From: Mizuhopecten yessoensis
Lineage: Eukaryota
Reading direction: 5' to 3'
Assembly: GCF_002113885.1 (NCBI RefSeq)
Contig: NW_018406394.1
Span: 112,073 to 176,072 of the forward strand
DNA: 64,000 nt
In this document: positions 28,178 to 40,165 of the stretch, piece after piece
Numbering within the stretch: position 1 is the first letter of the stretch
Layout of the letters: each line of letters opens with the position of its first letter
Notes under the pieces: generated by a model
Told to the model about the DNA's origin: nothing
What the model saw: only the letters and a program-made list of their open reading frames with translations
Database searches by the model: none
Position numbers and translations under genes: made by a program

Positions 28178-28280
28178 AGTGGGTCAAAGCTATCAGGTCC
28201 ATCATTTGGGTCAAATCTATCAGGTCCATCAGTGGGTCAAATATATCAGGTCCATCAGTGGGCCAAATATATCAAGACCA
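28178..28280. repeat. ~26-bp minisatellite, ~4 copies
   Basis: GTGGGTCAAATATATCAGGTCCATCA repeated. Confidence 0.8.
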
Positions 28281-28289
28281 TTATTCAAA

Positions 28290-29575
28290 AAATGGAAATT
28301 GCTTGAAATGTAAAATGAAAACAAAACACAAGTCATTATTTCTTGACTCCGATGCCCAAACAACACTCAACGATCTACATGGCAGCGAAAAAAGCTTGTT
28401 TTTTTTCGTTTGGTTTGTATTTGACGTCCTATCAACAGCTACTGTACATGTATTGTCATGTAATGGTATACCATGTGTTGGTGGTGGAGGAAAACCGGAG
28501 TAGCAGGAGAAAATTCACCGACCTGTTACGGGCTAGTGATGATAGACGATCAGGCGCCTTAACAACTCGGATAAAGCATCTAATCGCTTGCTCTTTTTGT
28601 TGCACAACCAAGCCATTATCCAAAATGTTCACTACCATACTTATTACATTAAATCAGGGTTCAATCGTATTGCGACACGGTATACTCCAGAAGTGGAACT
28701 AATGCATTGTGGGATGTTTAAGAATCCAAAAGATCTTTTGTCAATCTTGAACATCTTCTTCTATCAAAACGTTTGAATTTTCCCGCCTTAACATGCTACA
28801 ATAAATATACCTAAGAAGAAATTGAAAGAACGTCTTTGTTCTCTAATTATGAGAGTTTTCTTTTCCAAGAAAGGCGAACGGTGATAAATATTTATGATTG
28901 TACATTATTTAGGAGCATATTTTGTGAAAAGCAAAATAAAAGGCAATATGAAATATACTGTGGATGTAATCGAGAGAAATATCAAGTTTCTTGTTGACAA
29001 AATCTTGTTGGGTTCGGTGGCAAGATTTTCTAGCAGACTGAGGCACACACACCTGAGGGAACACACTGCGCTCCACTTCCAGCCGATTTGCTTTTGTTAT
29101 CATTTGAAGCTGAATTTATAAATGAGCTTATTAGGACTTGTAACAATACCCTAGGCAAGTCCTTCAATTTCACATTGAGATATATCGACGATGTGTTATC
29201 TTTGCAAAACATTAAATCTTTTGACCACATCGATCATATATAACCTCCAGAGCTTACAATCAAGGATAAGATGCTCTACTCGATCTTTACTAAAACCATG
29301 ACCAACAGAGACAGCTTACTACCGAGCTATATGATCAGCGGGACGTTTTGAATTTACGATCGCGAACTTTTTCTTTCTTGATACATGTAGCAACATCAGT
29401 GTTTCCTCTACCTACGGTCTTAACATGTCACAGTTAATAAGGTATTCCAGATCTTGCTCCGTATTTCATGACTTCCTACATAGATGTCGATTTCTGAAGG
29501 ACAAACATACTTCACAGGTTTATGTAGATGCAGGTTGACAATGGAAAAGCTTTAAGGTCGCCTTCATGATTTCAT
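28290..29575 (+). mobile_element. Penelope-like RT remnant (same family as 15995-17600), interrupted by a SINE
   Basis: KTKHKSLFLDSDAQTTLNDLH, CTTKPLSKMFTTIL, TVYSRSGTN, KSFNFTLRYIDDVLSL (catalytic YIDD at ~29181), PPELTIKD and MSQLIRYSRSC. Confidence 0.85.
28408..28572 (-). mobile_element. V-domain-like SINE (same family as 8331-8555), nested in the Penelope remnant
   Basis: Reverse complement reads GAGTTGTTAAGGCG...CACTAGCCC...GGTCGGTG...TTCTCC..TACTCCGGTTTTCCTCCACC...AGCTGTTGATAGGACGTCAAATACAAACCAAA. Confidence 0.8.
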
Positions 29576-32043
29576 AGGGAAAAATGCTATTTCTTTGTGT
29601 GTTATTAAGGTTGTATTTTTTTTTTTTTATATTTTCTATGTTGGTCCTTATAGTAATTTATTTATTTATTTTTCAGAGTCAGTCGAAACCGGTTCAGTCA
29701 CAGAAGACTCGAAGGACATTATCAATAAAATAGCATCAGCTAACGTTCAATATGTAGAATTGGCCTATTGGCACTAAATACATATTGTTTCTGTATTAGC
29801 CATACAGAGGTCAAGCTGATCATCATTGATTTTGAAATGTCACAATTGCAACAAAGTAATGACCTATCTTGTATTCCGAGTCAGTTCTAGAACCTGGTAA
29901 GGTTCATCGATGACCGTTGAACTGTACATGTAACACCAATCCTGACACTTTTTAATGGAGGTAGAGTAATTATTGAGGTCCTTGTTAAAATCTTAACGTT
30001 ACCTATTGATATAAATTACCGTATTTTTTCTTATTCTTCAATAAGATTTCCCATTTTTCCGCTGTGTTGTCACGTTGTATGAATATCACTATATGTAATT
30101 ACACTTGCTATGTCCTTGTTTTATCGATTAATATTATTGTTTTTAAATGTGTCTTTTGTCATCTCACTATCAACAAATCACTCGCTCGACAGGATTGCCA
30201 AATGTCTCTACCGTTGCCACCATTGTTAGACTTGTTGATGCATAGAAAGAGGAAGTCTACAATACTTCGGTCGTTCTGCTTTTGCCTTTACACACTGCTA
30301 GAGAGATAAGGACACCACTTCGGTATACGTACTAGACAACAGCCATATAAAATACTGTTGTCTTATAGTTGTACAAAAATGCAACTAAATTGCTGCCTGC
30401 ATAGTGGCAGATACCTTAACACTTCCGGTTACAAAACATGTGTAATTTAATATTGTCACTAAAACATTGTTGTATTATTGCATATCCAATTTAACCTTGT
30501 TAGGTTCCAGTTCTCCGTGTCTGCATTATTCACACAATTACCGCCTGGCTGCTTATTGTAATGTGATTTTGGTCGGACGTGGGAAATATCCATTAATCTT
30601 CCTTAAAGGCCAGTAATGTCGAACCCCTGGTTAACGGGTCCAAGTATCGCCTCGTAAATAAGACGCATCGCCTAGTTACATCACAAATAAACCGGATTCC
30701 ACTGGCTTTAGATCACCTCGATCATCGATATGGTTGTTATTGTTTTTGCAGTTTGACAGTAAAAGATAGTTTCTTGACTGGTGCTGCAACCTTTCGTAAT
30801 AAATAAAGCGTAGAGGTCACACACCTATAGTAACATGAATAGCCCAAGAGCAGCCGTGGACTAATTTTCTCAAGGGTTAATGAGCGCCATACGAGAAGTC
30901 AACACGAGGTGATGATTATTCATGTTTATCGCGCAGTAATACCATTTCCCCTAATTCTTCATCGCCGGAAATTGACTTGTTCACCGTTGTGTAGAATGAT
31001 TATCATGGCGAAAGATTCAAGTCAAATATTAGCATGCAAGCAATCTGTATTTCTCAATCACCTTTTTAATTAGTCATCAACTTTGGAAGCTAATTAGTGG
31101 CAATCAATTTTGGAATTGACAGTTCAGACCCACCTGCGTAAACAAAACTGACATGCAACGTGCAAACAAAAGGCGCAGATAGTTGGCAGATCTGAACATT
31201 AAGACCGGAACATATCCCGTCATTTGTGTCAAATATACGCTCTTCAATATGTGAAGTACCAACAAAATATCCACATAGGATTTCATTGCCTGAGTTGGTT
31301 TTTTCTGCAGGCGTTCTCTTAAAACATCGACATAAGTTTGTTATTAAGAGGGAAACATTACATCGGAATACTGACTAGACTATTTTGTAAATACCTACAT
31401 TCTAATATACATCTTGACACACTTAAACATCTGATATACAGATTCTTGAGTTTAATTTGGCAAACGCTAGTAATGTACGGTAAACAATAGTACATATGAA
31501 TAAATCGTTAGGAGTCTTAAGCTGATATATTTGTAATCGGAAAATGTGTGAATCTTTCTCTCGTTCATATGGTGACGTAACTATATCAAAATGGAAAGTA
31601 CATCATGTTTTTATATACGCATATGTGTTTATTTAAACAAGTGCGGTACATTATCTAATTTTATAAACAAGGGAGTTAAATGTCATGTATTTACATAAAA
31701 AAGTGAAGTTCATTATGAACATGTATGTTTAAACGATGCATGTTTATCTCCATTATGGGCGTTGGTTCTGAACAAACAAGTGTTCGTTCGATGCGTAATA
31801 CATATAAAGATATATAAGCAAAAGAGTACTAGCGACAGTGCAGACTAAGGAATATGTAATTGTTTGAGGCAATCCGATCCGCCCCTTTATCAAGACAGAA
31901 ACATAATTACAAATGTATGTATCACAACAGAGATAGTCAGCATAAAACAATGCTATATCACAAAATACATAACAGAAAACTAGTTAGTACGTATTCCGTC
32001 TTTGCGTATTGCAGAGTTATCTTCTCTTGTGAGCAGGTATTGA

Positions 32044-32129
32044 TTGTTACGTCATAGGTTTGTGTGAGAAAATGACGTCGTTTTCTCAACAATTGATGAC
32101 GTTACTCTCACAAACAAATGACGTAACAA
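32044..32129. repeat. Imperfect inverted repeat (25-bp arms, 22/25 match) with four TGACGT motifs
   Basis: TTGTTACGTCATAGGTTTGTGTGAG pairs with CTCTCACAAACAAATGACGTAACAA. Confidence 0.8.
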
Positions 32130-34360
32130 CGATGCTAAAAATTTTTAGAGATATGCGAAACACAGTTATTGACCTTGTAAGAGAAGCTAAGCAAAAATAT
32201 CTACTTAAACTCCAAAATTCCCTTATTGACAAATCTATTCCTCCAGGTAAGTGGTGGCGGGTTGCAAAGTCTATTATGAACATTAACAATAAATCAAACA
32301 ATGATGCTCCTCTTGTAATAAATGGTGAACTTAAATCACATCCTGTGGATAAAGCAGAATCTTTTAATTCATACTTCACCTCTGTCTCTACTTCTGACAA
32401 AACTGACCTTGACATTCCTCCTAATTGTCCTATCTCACAAGAAAAATTATCTTCCATTATTATCACTGAACAGGATGTTAATGATCAGCTCCAACTTATT
32501 AATGTAAAAAAAACTGCTGGTCCAGATGCACTTCCCCCTTATTTTATTAAAGGTATTGCTGACTCTCTTGTAAAGCCCTTACTGTTAATTTTTAACAAAT
32601 CCATATCCACTGGTTGCATACCTAATATTTGGAAGTGTGCTAATGTTACCCCAATATATAAGGGCAAGGGAGGAAGAGGTGACCCCAGTAACTATAGACC
32701 AATCTCTGTCACATCGTTATTTAGTAAACTTCTTGAAAAAATAGTTTTTAAACATCTCTTTAATTTTCTATCTGAGAATAATGTTATATCAAAAAATCAG
32801 TCTGGCTTCCTTCCAAATGACTCCACAGTTAACCAATTAATATATTTATATGATGAAGCTTCAAAACAACTTGATCAAGGAAAAGAGGCAAGGATAGTAT
32901 TTTGTGACATCAGCAAAGCTTTTGACAGGGTTTGGCACAGTGGATTGATTTACAAATTGAAGAAATATGGAATTTGTGACGACGTTTTGAACTGGATTCA
33001 TTGCTATCTTACTGATAGACAACAAAGGGTATTAGTAGATGGCTACAAGTCAAATTTACAAACATTAAAAGCTGGTGTACCCCAAGGCTCGGTTCTCGGG
33101 CCTTATTTATTTTTAATATTTATTAATGACCTAGAAGATGAACTCCAATCCCATGTCAAACTCTTTGCTGATGACACTTCTCTTTACGTTTTGATAGATG
33201 GTGACGGCAGACATGCTGCAGATATTCTCAATGAGGATTTAAGGAGAATGTCTCTCTGGGCTGATAAATGGGGAATATCATTTAATCCAAGTAAAACTGA
33301 ATCATTACTAATGTCTAATAAAAATAATTCTGAGACATCTCATCCAGATTTGGTATTCTCAAATAGTGTCGTTATAAATGTCAAAAATCATAAACATCTT
33401 GGTCTGCTTTTTAATAGTCGTGGATCATGGTCTGATCAAGTTAATTATATATATGGAAAAAGCTGTACAAAACTACAAATAATGCGAATGCTCAAACACA
33501 AGCTAGATAGAAAATCTCTTGAAATAATTTATAAATCTTTTATAAGACCAACACTTGAATATGCTTGTGCTGTGTGGAATAATTGCACCCAGGGTGAAAG
33601 TGACTTATTGGAATCAGTCCAATTAGAATGTCTCAGAATTATATCAGGTTTGAGAAGAGGTACAAGTCATAACTTAATATATAAGGAAGTTGGGGTAGAT
33701 AAACTAAAAATAAGACGTGATAATTACCAATGTATATTATTTTTCAAGATACTGCAGCATGACTGTCCTGACCATCTTTATGATTGTATCCTACCATATT
33801 TTAATAATGATATTAATCCTCGCCTTAGACATCATAGAAACTTTATTGTTCCCTTGTGCAGAACCAACTTGTATAAAAATAGTTTTTTTCCTAGAATGAT
33901 GTCTCTATGGAATAGGCCAGACTGTATTTTTCCAAAACTCACTACATTGAGCCAGTTAAAACTGGAATTACTTAAGGAAAGCACATACGTTTTGCAACCA
34001 TCTAACTGTACGGATATTTTTAAATACGGTGGCTCCAGGAAGTTGAATATAACTTTATGTCAACTACGGAATAAAGTCAGCCAATTAAAATCAGATTTAT
34101 ATAATGATCATCTTACAGATAATCCTAAGTGTGACTGTGGTTTTATTATTGAAGATGCAAATCACTTCTTCCTCAATTGCCCCAAATATATAGATGAAAG
34201 ACAAGTTTTATTCAATGCTTTATCTAATTACAACGAAATTGACAACATCATCTTAAATACAGTTACTTTCACTACGGGTGATATGAACCTTAGCAGTGAA
34301 TCAAATAAATTTATTCTCTCATGTGTTCTGGAGTTTATTGACAAATCTGGAAGATTTTAA
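32060..34360 (+). CDS. Non-LTR retrotransposon ORF2 (CR1/L2-type reverse transcriptase), 5'-truncated, no endonuclease domain
   Basis: Motifs KKTAGPD, NYRPIS, QSGF, DISKAFDRVWH, GVPQGSVLGP, LFADD, HKHLG and C-terminal CDCG..EDANHFFLNC; 766 codons without a stop. Confidence 0.95.
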   Translation: MCEKMTSFSQQLMTLLSQTNDVTTMLKIFRDMRNTVIDLVREAKQKYLLKLQNSLIDKSIPPGKWWRVAKSIMNINNKSNNDAPLVINGELKSHPVDKAESFNSYFTSVSTSDKTDLDIPPNCPISQEKLSSIIITEQDVNDQLQLINVKKTAGPDALPPYFIKGIADSLVKPLLLIFNKSISTGCIPNIWKCANVTPIYKGKGGRGDPSNYRPISVTSLFSKLLEKIVFKHLFNFLSENNVISKNQSGFLPNDSTVNQLIYLYDEASKQLDQGKEARIVFCDISKAFDRVWHSGLIYKLKKYGICDDVLNWIHCYLTDRQQRVLVDGYKSNLQTLKAGVPQGSVLGPYLFLIFINDLEDELQSHVKLFADDTSLYVLIDGDGRHAADILNEDLRRMSLWADKWGISFNPSKTESLLMSNKNNSETSHPDLVFSNSVVINVKNHKHLGLLFNSRGSWSDQVNYIYGKSCTKLQIMRMLKHKLDRKSLEIIYKSFIRPTLEYACAVWNNCTQGESDLLESVQLECLRIISGLRRGTSHNLIYKEVGVDKLKIRRDNYQCILFFKILQHDCPDHLYDCILPYFNNDINPRLRHHRNFIVPLCRTNLYKNSFFPRMMSLWNRPDCIFPKLTTLSQLKLELLKESTYVLQPSNCTDIFKYGGSRKLNITLCQLRNKVSQLKSDLYNDHLTDNPKCDCGFIIEDANHFFLNCPKYIDERQVLFNALSNYNEIDNIILNTVTFTTGDMNLSSESNKFILSCVLEFIDKSGRF

Positions 34361-34780
34361 CTTAAACTATACTAAAAATTACATTACAATGTGTTTGTAT
34401 TTGCTATGTTATAACAATAACTCTGGTGTAATTGGGAAGGATGGCACTGTGTATAGTGACAATTTCTTTGAAGTGCCTCCAACCAAACACTAGGCTATTA
34501 ATAATTGAAGTAAATAGACTATATTAATTGAAATGGTAAAATCTATGATATTCTAGTTACATGTATTATTTTTTGTGAACATGTATTAAATGGTTCTAGT
34601 ATTCTCCTATTAATTCGAACATATACTACATCTTCTCTATAATACTCTCTCTCTATATATATATGTATATATGAATGTATGAAATGTGTGTATTTTCTCT
34701 GGAAAGGGCTTTTATAGGCAATGCCTGTGCCTAATCCAATTGTATCTTTTTGAATACAATAAAATTGATTTGAAATGAAA
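32140..34780 (+). mobile_element. CR1/L2-group LINE, 5'-truncated, with ~420-bp 3' UTR
   Basis: RT ORF followed by a UTR ending in a stem-loop-like segment, AATAAA (~34758) and a short TGAAA repeat tail. Confidence 0.85.
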
Positions 34781-34782
34781 CT

Positions 34783-35920
34783 GCTGTTTATTTAACGGCT
34801 CATCCAGCAGAGGTTCAAGGAATGTTAAAATATATGCACATTGTTAGATTAGGTGCCAGTCGATATACTGGTCTGAGCTTCAAAGCTACGATGAGCAATT
34901 TCGCCTCAAAAAATCAAAAATTCTTACATTATCGTGGGGTTCCATAGACTCTGAACTTTGGCTTATATATATGTCGGGTAAACATGAGGGCCACAGTCAA
35001 AATGCAAATGTAGGAACAAACTCGGGTAAATCTCTGAAATGCTTTGATTACAACTACAAAGGGTCTTGTTTTAAAAATCCCTGTACTTAGCAGCATAGTT
35101 GTCTGAAATGTAATGGGATGCATGCCTCATGCATGTGTTATGCAAACAATTTTCAAAGGGTAAGCTCAAACAATTTTCGTAGTCAAGCCCCAAACAGATA
35201 CAGGTTTAATATCAACATCAAGCCCAGTTACCCAGCCCAGGCAGGATATATCAACAGATTTGGTGCTCCCAGGCAAAACGCCAATTAAACTGAGGCCACT
35301 TAAAAAAAATGTTATCCAATTATCCTAATCTGTTAGCAGCCAAGGAACTGTTTCAGGGTTTCAATCATGGGTTCAAGTTACAATATCAAGGCCCTCGTCA
35401 CTCTGTTATGTGTAAAAAAATTGCTGTCGGCTAAACAGCACCCTAAGGAATTAAATGAGAAAATAGAAAAGGAAATACAGCTTGGTAGAATGTATTGACT
35501 GAAAACAATAATTGTGTGGTCATTCTTAGTATAATTACCATTTCCTGCTTTAATAACAAAGTAATTGGACATTCGACATTTAATTTAGAACTACCGGTAA
35601 ATAGTACGGGGTTCAGAGTTTTAATTATTGATCTTTGTGTGGATACTGAAGTTCAGAGCTACCGGTAACTTGCACGGGGTTCAGAGCTTTATCATTTCAT
35701 CTATTTTCGTGAAATTTAAAATGTGTGATGATTGAATTATTGATTGATATTGATTATTGGATTATCGATTTGTATTGATTAATTGAAATTGATTGAATTA
35801 TTGATCTTTGTTGATTGGGACTTGCCATATACCTATGGAAGGGCGGCAGTCCAATTTAAAAAAGGAAGCTGTAGCCAAAACGTTATGCCATCAATAAAAA
35901 TATAAAGCTTATTTGGTTGT
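34783..35920 (+). mobile_element. DIRS/Ngaro tyrosine-recombinase retrotransposon remnant (gag, zinc finger, RT N-terminus, probable 3' end)
   Basis: AVYLTAHPAEVQGMLKYMHIVRLGASR / YDEQFRLKK...SWGSIDSELWLIYM; CFDYNYKGSC..C..H.C..C..H..C; YPNLLAAKELFQGFNHGFKLQYQGPR...KIEKEIQLGRM. Confidence 0.8.
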
Positions 35921-37649
35921 TGTAGTTTTCATTGGTACCTGAGATAATCAGTTAACGTTATGTAAGTATTTAGTCAGTATCAATGGACATCTGGGTTGAT
36001 AGGAGTAAACATTTACTCTAGGTATAATTTGCATTCTAAATTAATAATGGTTTCAGTGTAGGTGGTCACTTTCGATGACGCTCGTTTCTTACCTTTTTCT
36101 GACTAGTAACAGTCGACATCCATAACTTATTAAATGAGTGTGTCCTACTACAGCATTACTCGGACCGTTGTCATGTGATTGGTATACGCTGCGCACTCGG
36201 TAAAGAAATTGGTTCTATTTGATTTTGTTTCGACCAGATCGTACCCTATATTCGTCTCCCTGACGACCATACAGATAGATGTACATGATAGTATACATGT
36301 GGCCGATTTGGCCTTGCTTTTTTCATAGTCATATCTTTTATCCTGTCTTTACCTAAAATGTCATGCATGATATTGCTTAAGATAAATACTGAAGAAATCC
36401 ATCTTATTGAATTGTAAAAATCTAATAACCCGTCCATCTGGAGGGACTAAGAAACTATTTGCAAGTGGACACCTGAAACTTGAGAAATAAATGGTTTCAG
36501 AAAGCATTTTTAACAATTTCATGCTTGACTCCTTTCTGTTCATTTTACAGTCTATCGGTAACAACAGTATCTAGCACAAATGTTTGTTTTTTTAATTTAA
36601 ACGCCTTATGTTACCATCAATACTAATACTGGTTCATTTGGTTCATTGCAGGTGACACCGTTGTAAGCGTCTATTCGCTTCTTGAGGTGCTTCTTTATAT
36701 TATCCACTTCACTTCCGGTTGCATTTGGAGGCATTTGAAGAGGACTTTATTTCTCAAAAATTAGTGAAAATTAGGTACATGTGCACTGGGTGGTAACAAA
36801 AGTTGCATCCTGATTTATATAAAATAGGGTATTTATTACTGGTATATAAATAATGAACATTCTGCGGAACCTTTTTAAAAGATAAAAAAGTACATTTCAG
36901 GTTAAAACATAGAGTGGTATTTGTTTAATGAAATGTCTATGAATACTTTATAACTGTATATTGATTTGACTGTGTGTGCAAATGAAGAATGTAATAAATA
37001 AAATCATATCAATTCAGAGCAAAACCCACGTATACACTAGTGAAATAGCTGAGACAATAACTTTGGATCACAGTAAACGGAGATATACATACACAGCTGA
37101 CAATCAAAGTTGGGATGCGGTACGGCTGACCCCATGATCTATAAAGATCTGTAAATCTGATTACATTTTGTGGAATCACCCTGGCCATTTGTAGCTTAAC
37201 TGTGGCAGACGGAAGCAAATCAACGAACAGTGCTGAAACTCATCATTTCAAACAGTCCGTGAGTCAAAACATACCTACGTGTACACTTGTATCAGCGCTA
37301 TGGCGCAGTGTGGCGTTCAGACCAATACCATTACCAGTTCGCCTAGATCAATCTGGCGAGCTTTACACGGACTGCACATGGTACGACATGTTTCCTGCAG
37401 TGATCCCAATAATACAGGCGACGCAATGGCTTGTCCCCGCCATATCCCAGAGAATACGAATTAAAGTATTTCAGTTTCTGCGATGATAGAAACCGTATTC
37501 TTCGTGCCTTTTGTCATCTTTAGTGAACGACGTACTTTCCTCGATTGGGCAGAAATATGGCTGATGTCATATTGTTGTAGGACGCGCCAATAGGGTATAG
37601 TATCCGTATTTTAGTGTACTTCTATTTATATTTATATTTCTCCAAATCT

Positions 37650-39440
37650 CACACAGCGTTTACAATGTCCAAACTTTATATTTATCCACGTCCCACACAG
37701 CGTTTACAATGTTCAAACTTTGTATTTATCCACATCCCACACAGCGTTTACGTTGTCCAAACGTAATATATCTCCACATCCCACCCAGCGTTTACGTTGT
37801 CCAAACGTAATATATCTCCACATCCCACCCAGCGTTTACAATGTTCAAACTTAATAAATATCACATCCCACACAGCGTTTACGTTGTCCAAACGTAATTT
37901 ATCTCCACATCCCACACAGCGTTTACGTTGTCCAAACTTTATATTTATCCACATCCCACTCAGCGTTTACAATGTTCAAACTTTATATTTATCCACGTCC
38001 CACACAGCGTTTACAATGTTCAAACTTAATAAATATCACATCCCACACAGCGTTTACGTTGTCCAAACGTAATTTATCTCCACATCCCACACAGCGTTTA
38101 CAATGCTCAAACTTTATATTTATCCACATCCCACCTAGCGTTTACAATGTCCAAACTTTATATTTATCCACGTCCCACACAGCGTTTACAATGTTCAAAC
38201 TTAATAAATATCACATCCCACACAGCGTTTACGTTGTCCAAACGTAATATATCTCCACATCCCACCCAGCGTTTACAATGTTCAAACTTAATATATCTCA
38301 CATCCCACCCAGCGTTTACGTTGTCCAAACGTAATATATCTCCACATCCCACACAGCGTTTACGTTGTCCAAACGTAATTTATCTCCACATCCCACACAG
38401 CGTTTACGTTGTCCAAACTTTATATTTATCCACATCCCACTCAGCGTTTACAATGTTCAAACTTTATACTTATCCACATCCCACATAGCGTTTACAATGT
38501 TCAAAGTTTATATTTATCCACATCCCACACAGCGTTTACGATGTCCAAACTTTATATTTATCCACATCCCACATAGCGTTTACGTTGTCCAAACTTTATA
38601 TTTATCCACATCCCACTCAGCGTTTACAATGTTCAAACTTTATACTTATCCACATCCCACATAGCGTTTACAATGTTCAAAGTTTATATTTATCCACATC
38701 CCACACAGCGTTTACGTTGTCCAAACGTAATATATCTCCACATCCCACCCAGCGTTTACAATGTTCAAACTTAATAAATATCACATCCCACACAGCGTTT
38801 ACGTTGTCCAAACGTAATATATCTCCACATCCCACACAGCGTTTACGTTGTCCAAACTTAATATATCTCCACATCCCACACCGCGTTTACGTTGTCCAAA
38901 CGTAATATATCTCCACATCCCACACAGGGTTTACAATGTTCAAACTTAATATATCTCCACATCCCACACATCGTTTACGTTGTCCAAACGTAATATATCT
39001 CCACATCCCACCCAGCGTTTACGTTGTCCAAACGTAATATATCTCCACATCCCACCCAGCGTTTACGTTGTCCAAACGTAATATATCTCCACATCCCACA
39101 CAGGGTTTACAATGTTCAAACTTAATATATCCCTCCATCCCACACAGCGTTTACGTTGTCCAAACTTTATATTTATCCACATCCCACACAGCGTTTACAT
39201 TGTTCAAACTTTATATTTATCCACATCCCACATAGCGTTTACAATGTCCAAACTTTATATTTATCCACATCCCACATAGCGTTTACAATGTTCAAAGTTT
39301 AAGCTTTTTATTTCTCCACATCATCCCACGATGCGTTTACATTGCTCATACGTGGTACTTCTCAACATCCCACCAGTGTGTGTTTACATTGCTCATACGT
39401 GGTACTTCTCAACATCACACCAGTGTGTGTTTACAATTTT
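37650..39440. repeat. 44-bp satellite, ~38 copies plus degenerate end, with higher-order structure
   Basis: CCACATCCCACACAGCGTTTACGTTGTCCAAACGTAATATATCT and variants; a 175-bp superperiod is visible at 37797/37972/38147. Confidence 0.95.
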
Positions 39441-39818
39441 AAAACTCAGTACTCCTCCACAGCCTGCAGCATTGCTGGGTATCGTATTGTAAATCAAAAT
39501 ATCGATACATAATGGTATATTTCTTCACTCGCTTTCAAATAAAACAATACAAATTAACCTACGAATTGACCAATTTGTTTTCCAAATCGATAATTATTTT
39601 TATTCTTAGTATCGATCAATGGGTTCAATTGGCGCACTCGTGATGCGTAATGTGTGATAAAACTGACCACTTGGTACATATTCATGTAGGTGAATAAGGT
39701 ACCCAATCAAGGTGACCAGTCACACAGATGAACCCCTCTGTTATCGGTCGCTTCAAGGCTACAACCCCTCCCATTTTAACAGTATCTCACTTTCTTCTTA
39801 CCCCTCACAGTTTACTTA

Positions 39819-40080
39819 CCCGGCCTACAACCGACCTACAAAACTTCTAACCCATCCCAGACCACAAACAACCTACAAAACTTCTAACCCAACCCGGCCT
39901 ACAACCGACCTCCCAAACTTCTAACCCATCCCGGCCTCCAACCGACCTACAAAACTTCTAACCCCTCCCGGCCTACAAACGACCTACAAAACTCCTAACC
40001 CATCCCGGCCTACAAACGACCTACAAAACTTCTAACCCATCCCGGCCTACAACCGACCTACAAAACTTCTAACCCCTCAC
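39819..40080. repeat. 37-bp C-rich minisatellite, ~7 copies, inside a C-rich degenerate tract (39720-41060)
   Basis: CCCGGCCTACAACCGACCTACAAAACTTCTAACCCAT repeated. Confidence 0.9.
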
Positions 40081-40165
40081 AGTTTATTTACCCCTCACAG
40101 TCTCTCTTCCTCTCAATCTGCTACTCTCTTCCTGCTCTACAATTAAGCCCCTCCTAGTCTACACT

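Noticed and set aside
37748-38905. Cluster of short His/Pro-rich ORFs
   Set aside because: Translations of the 44-bp satellite.
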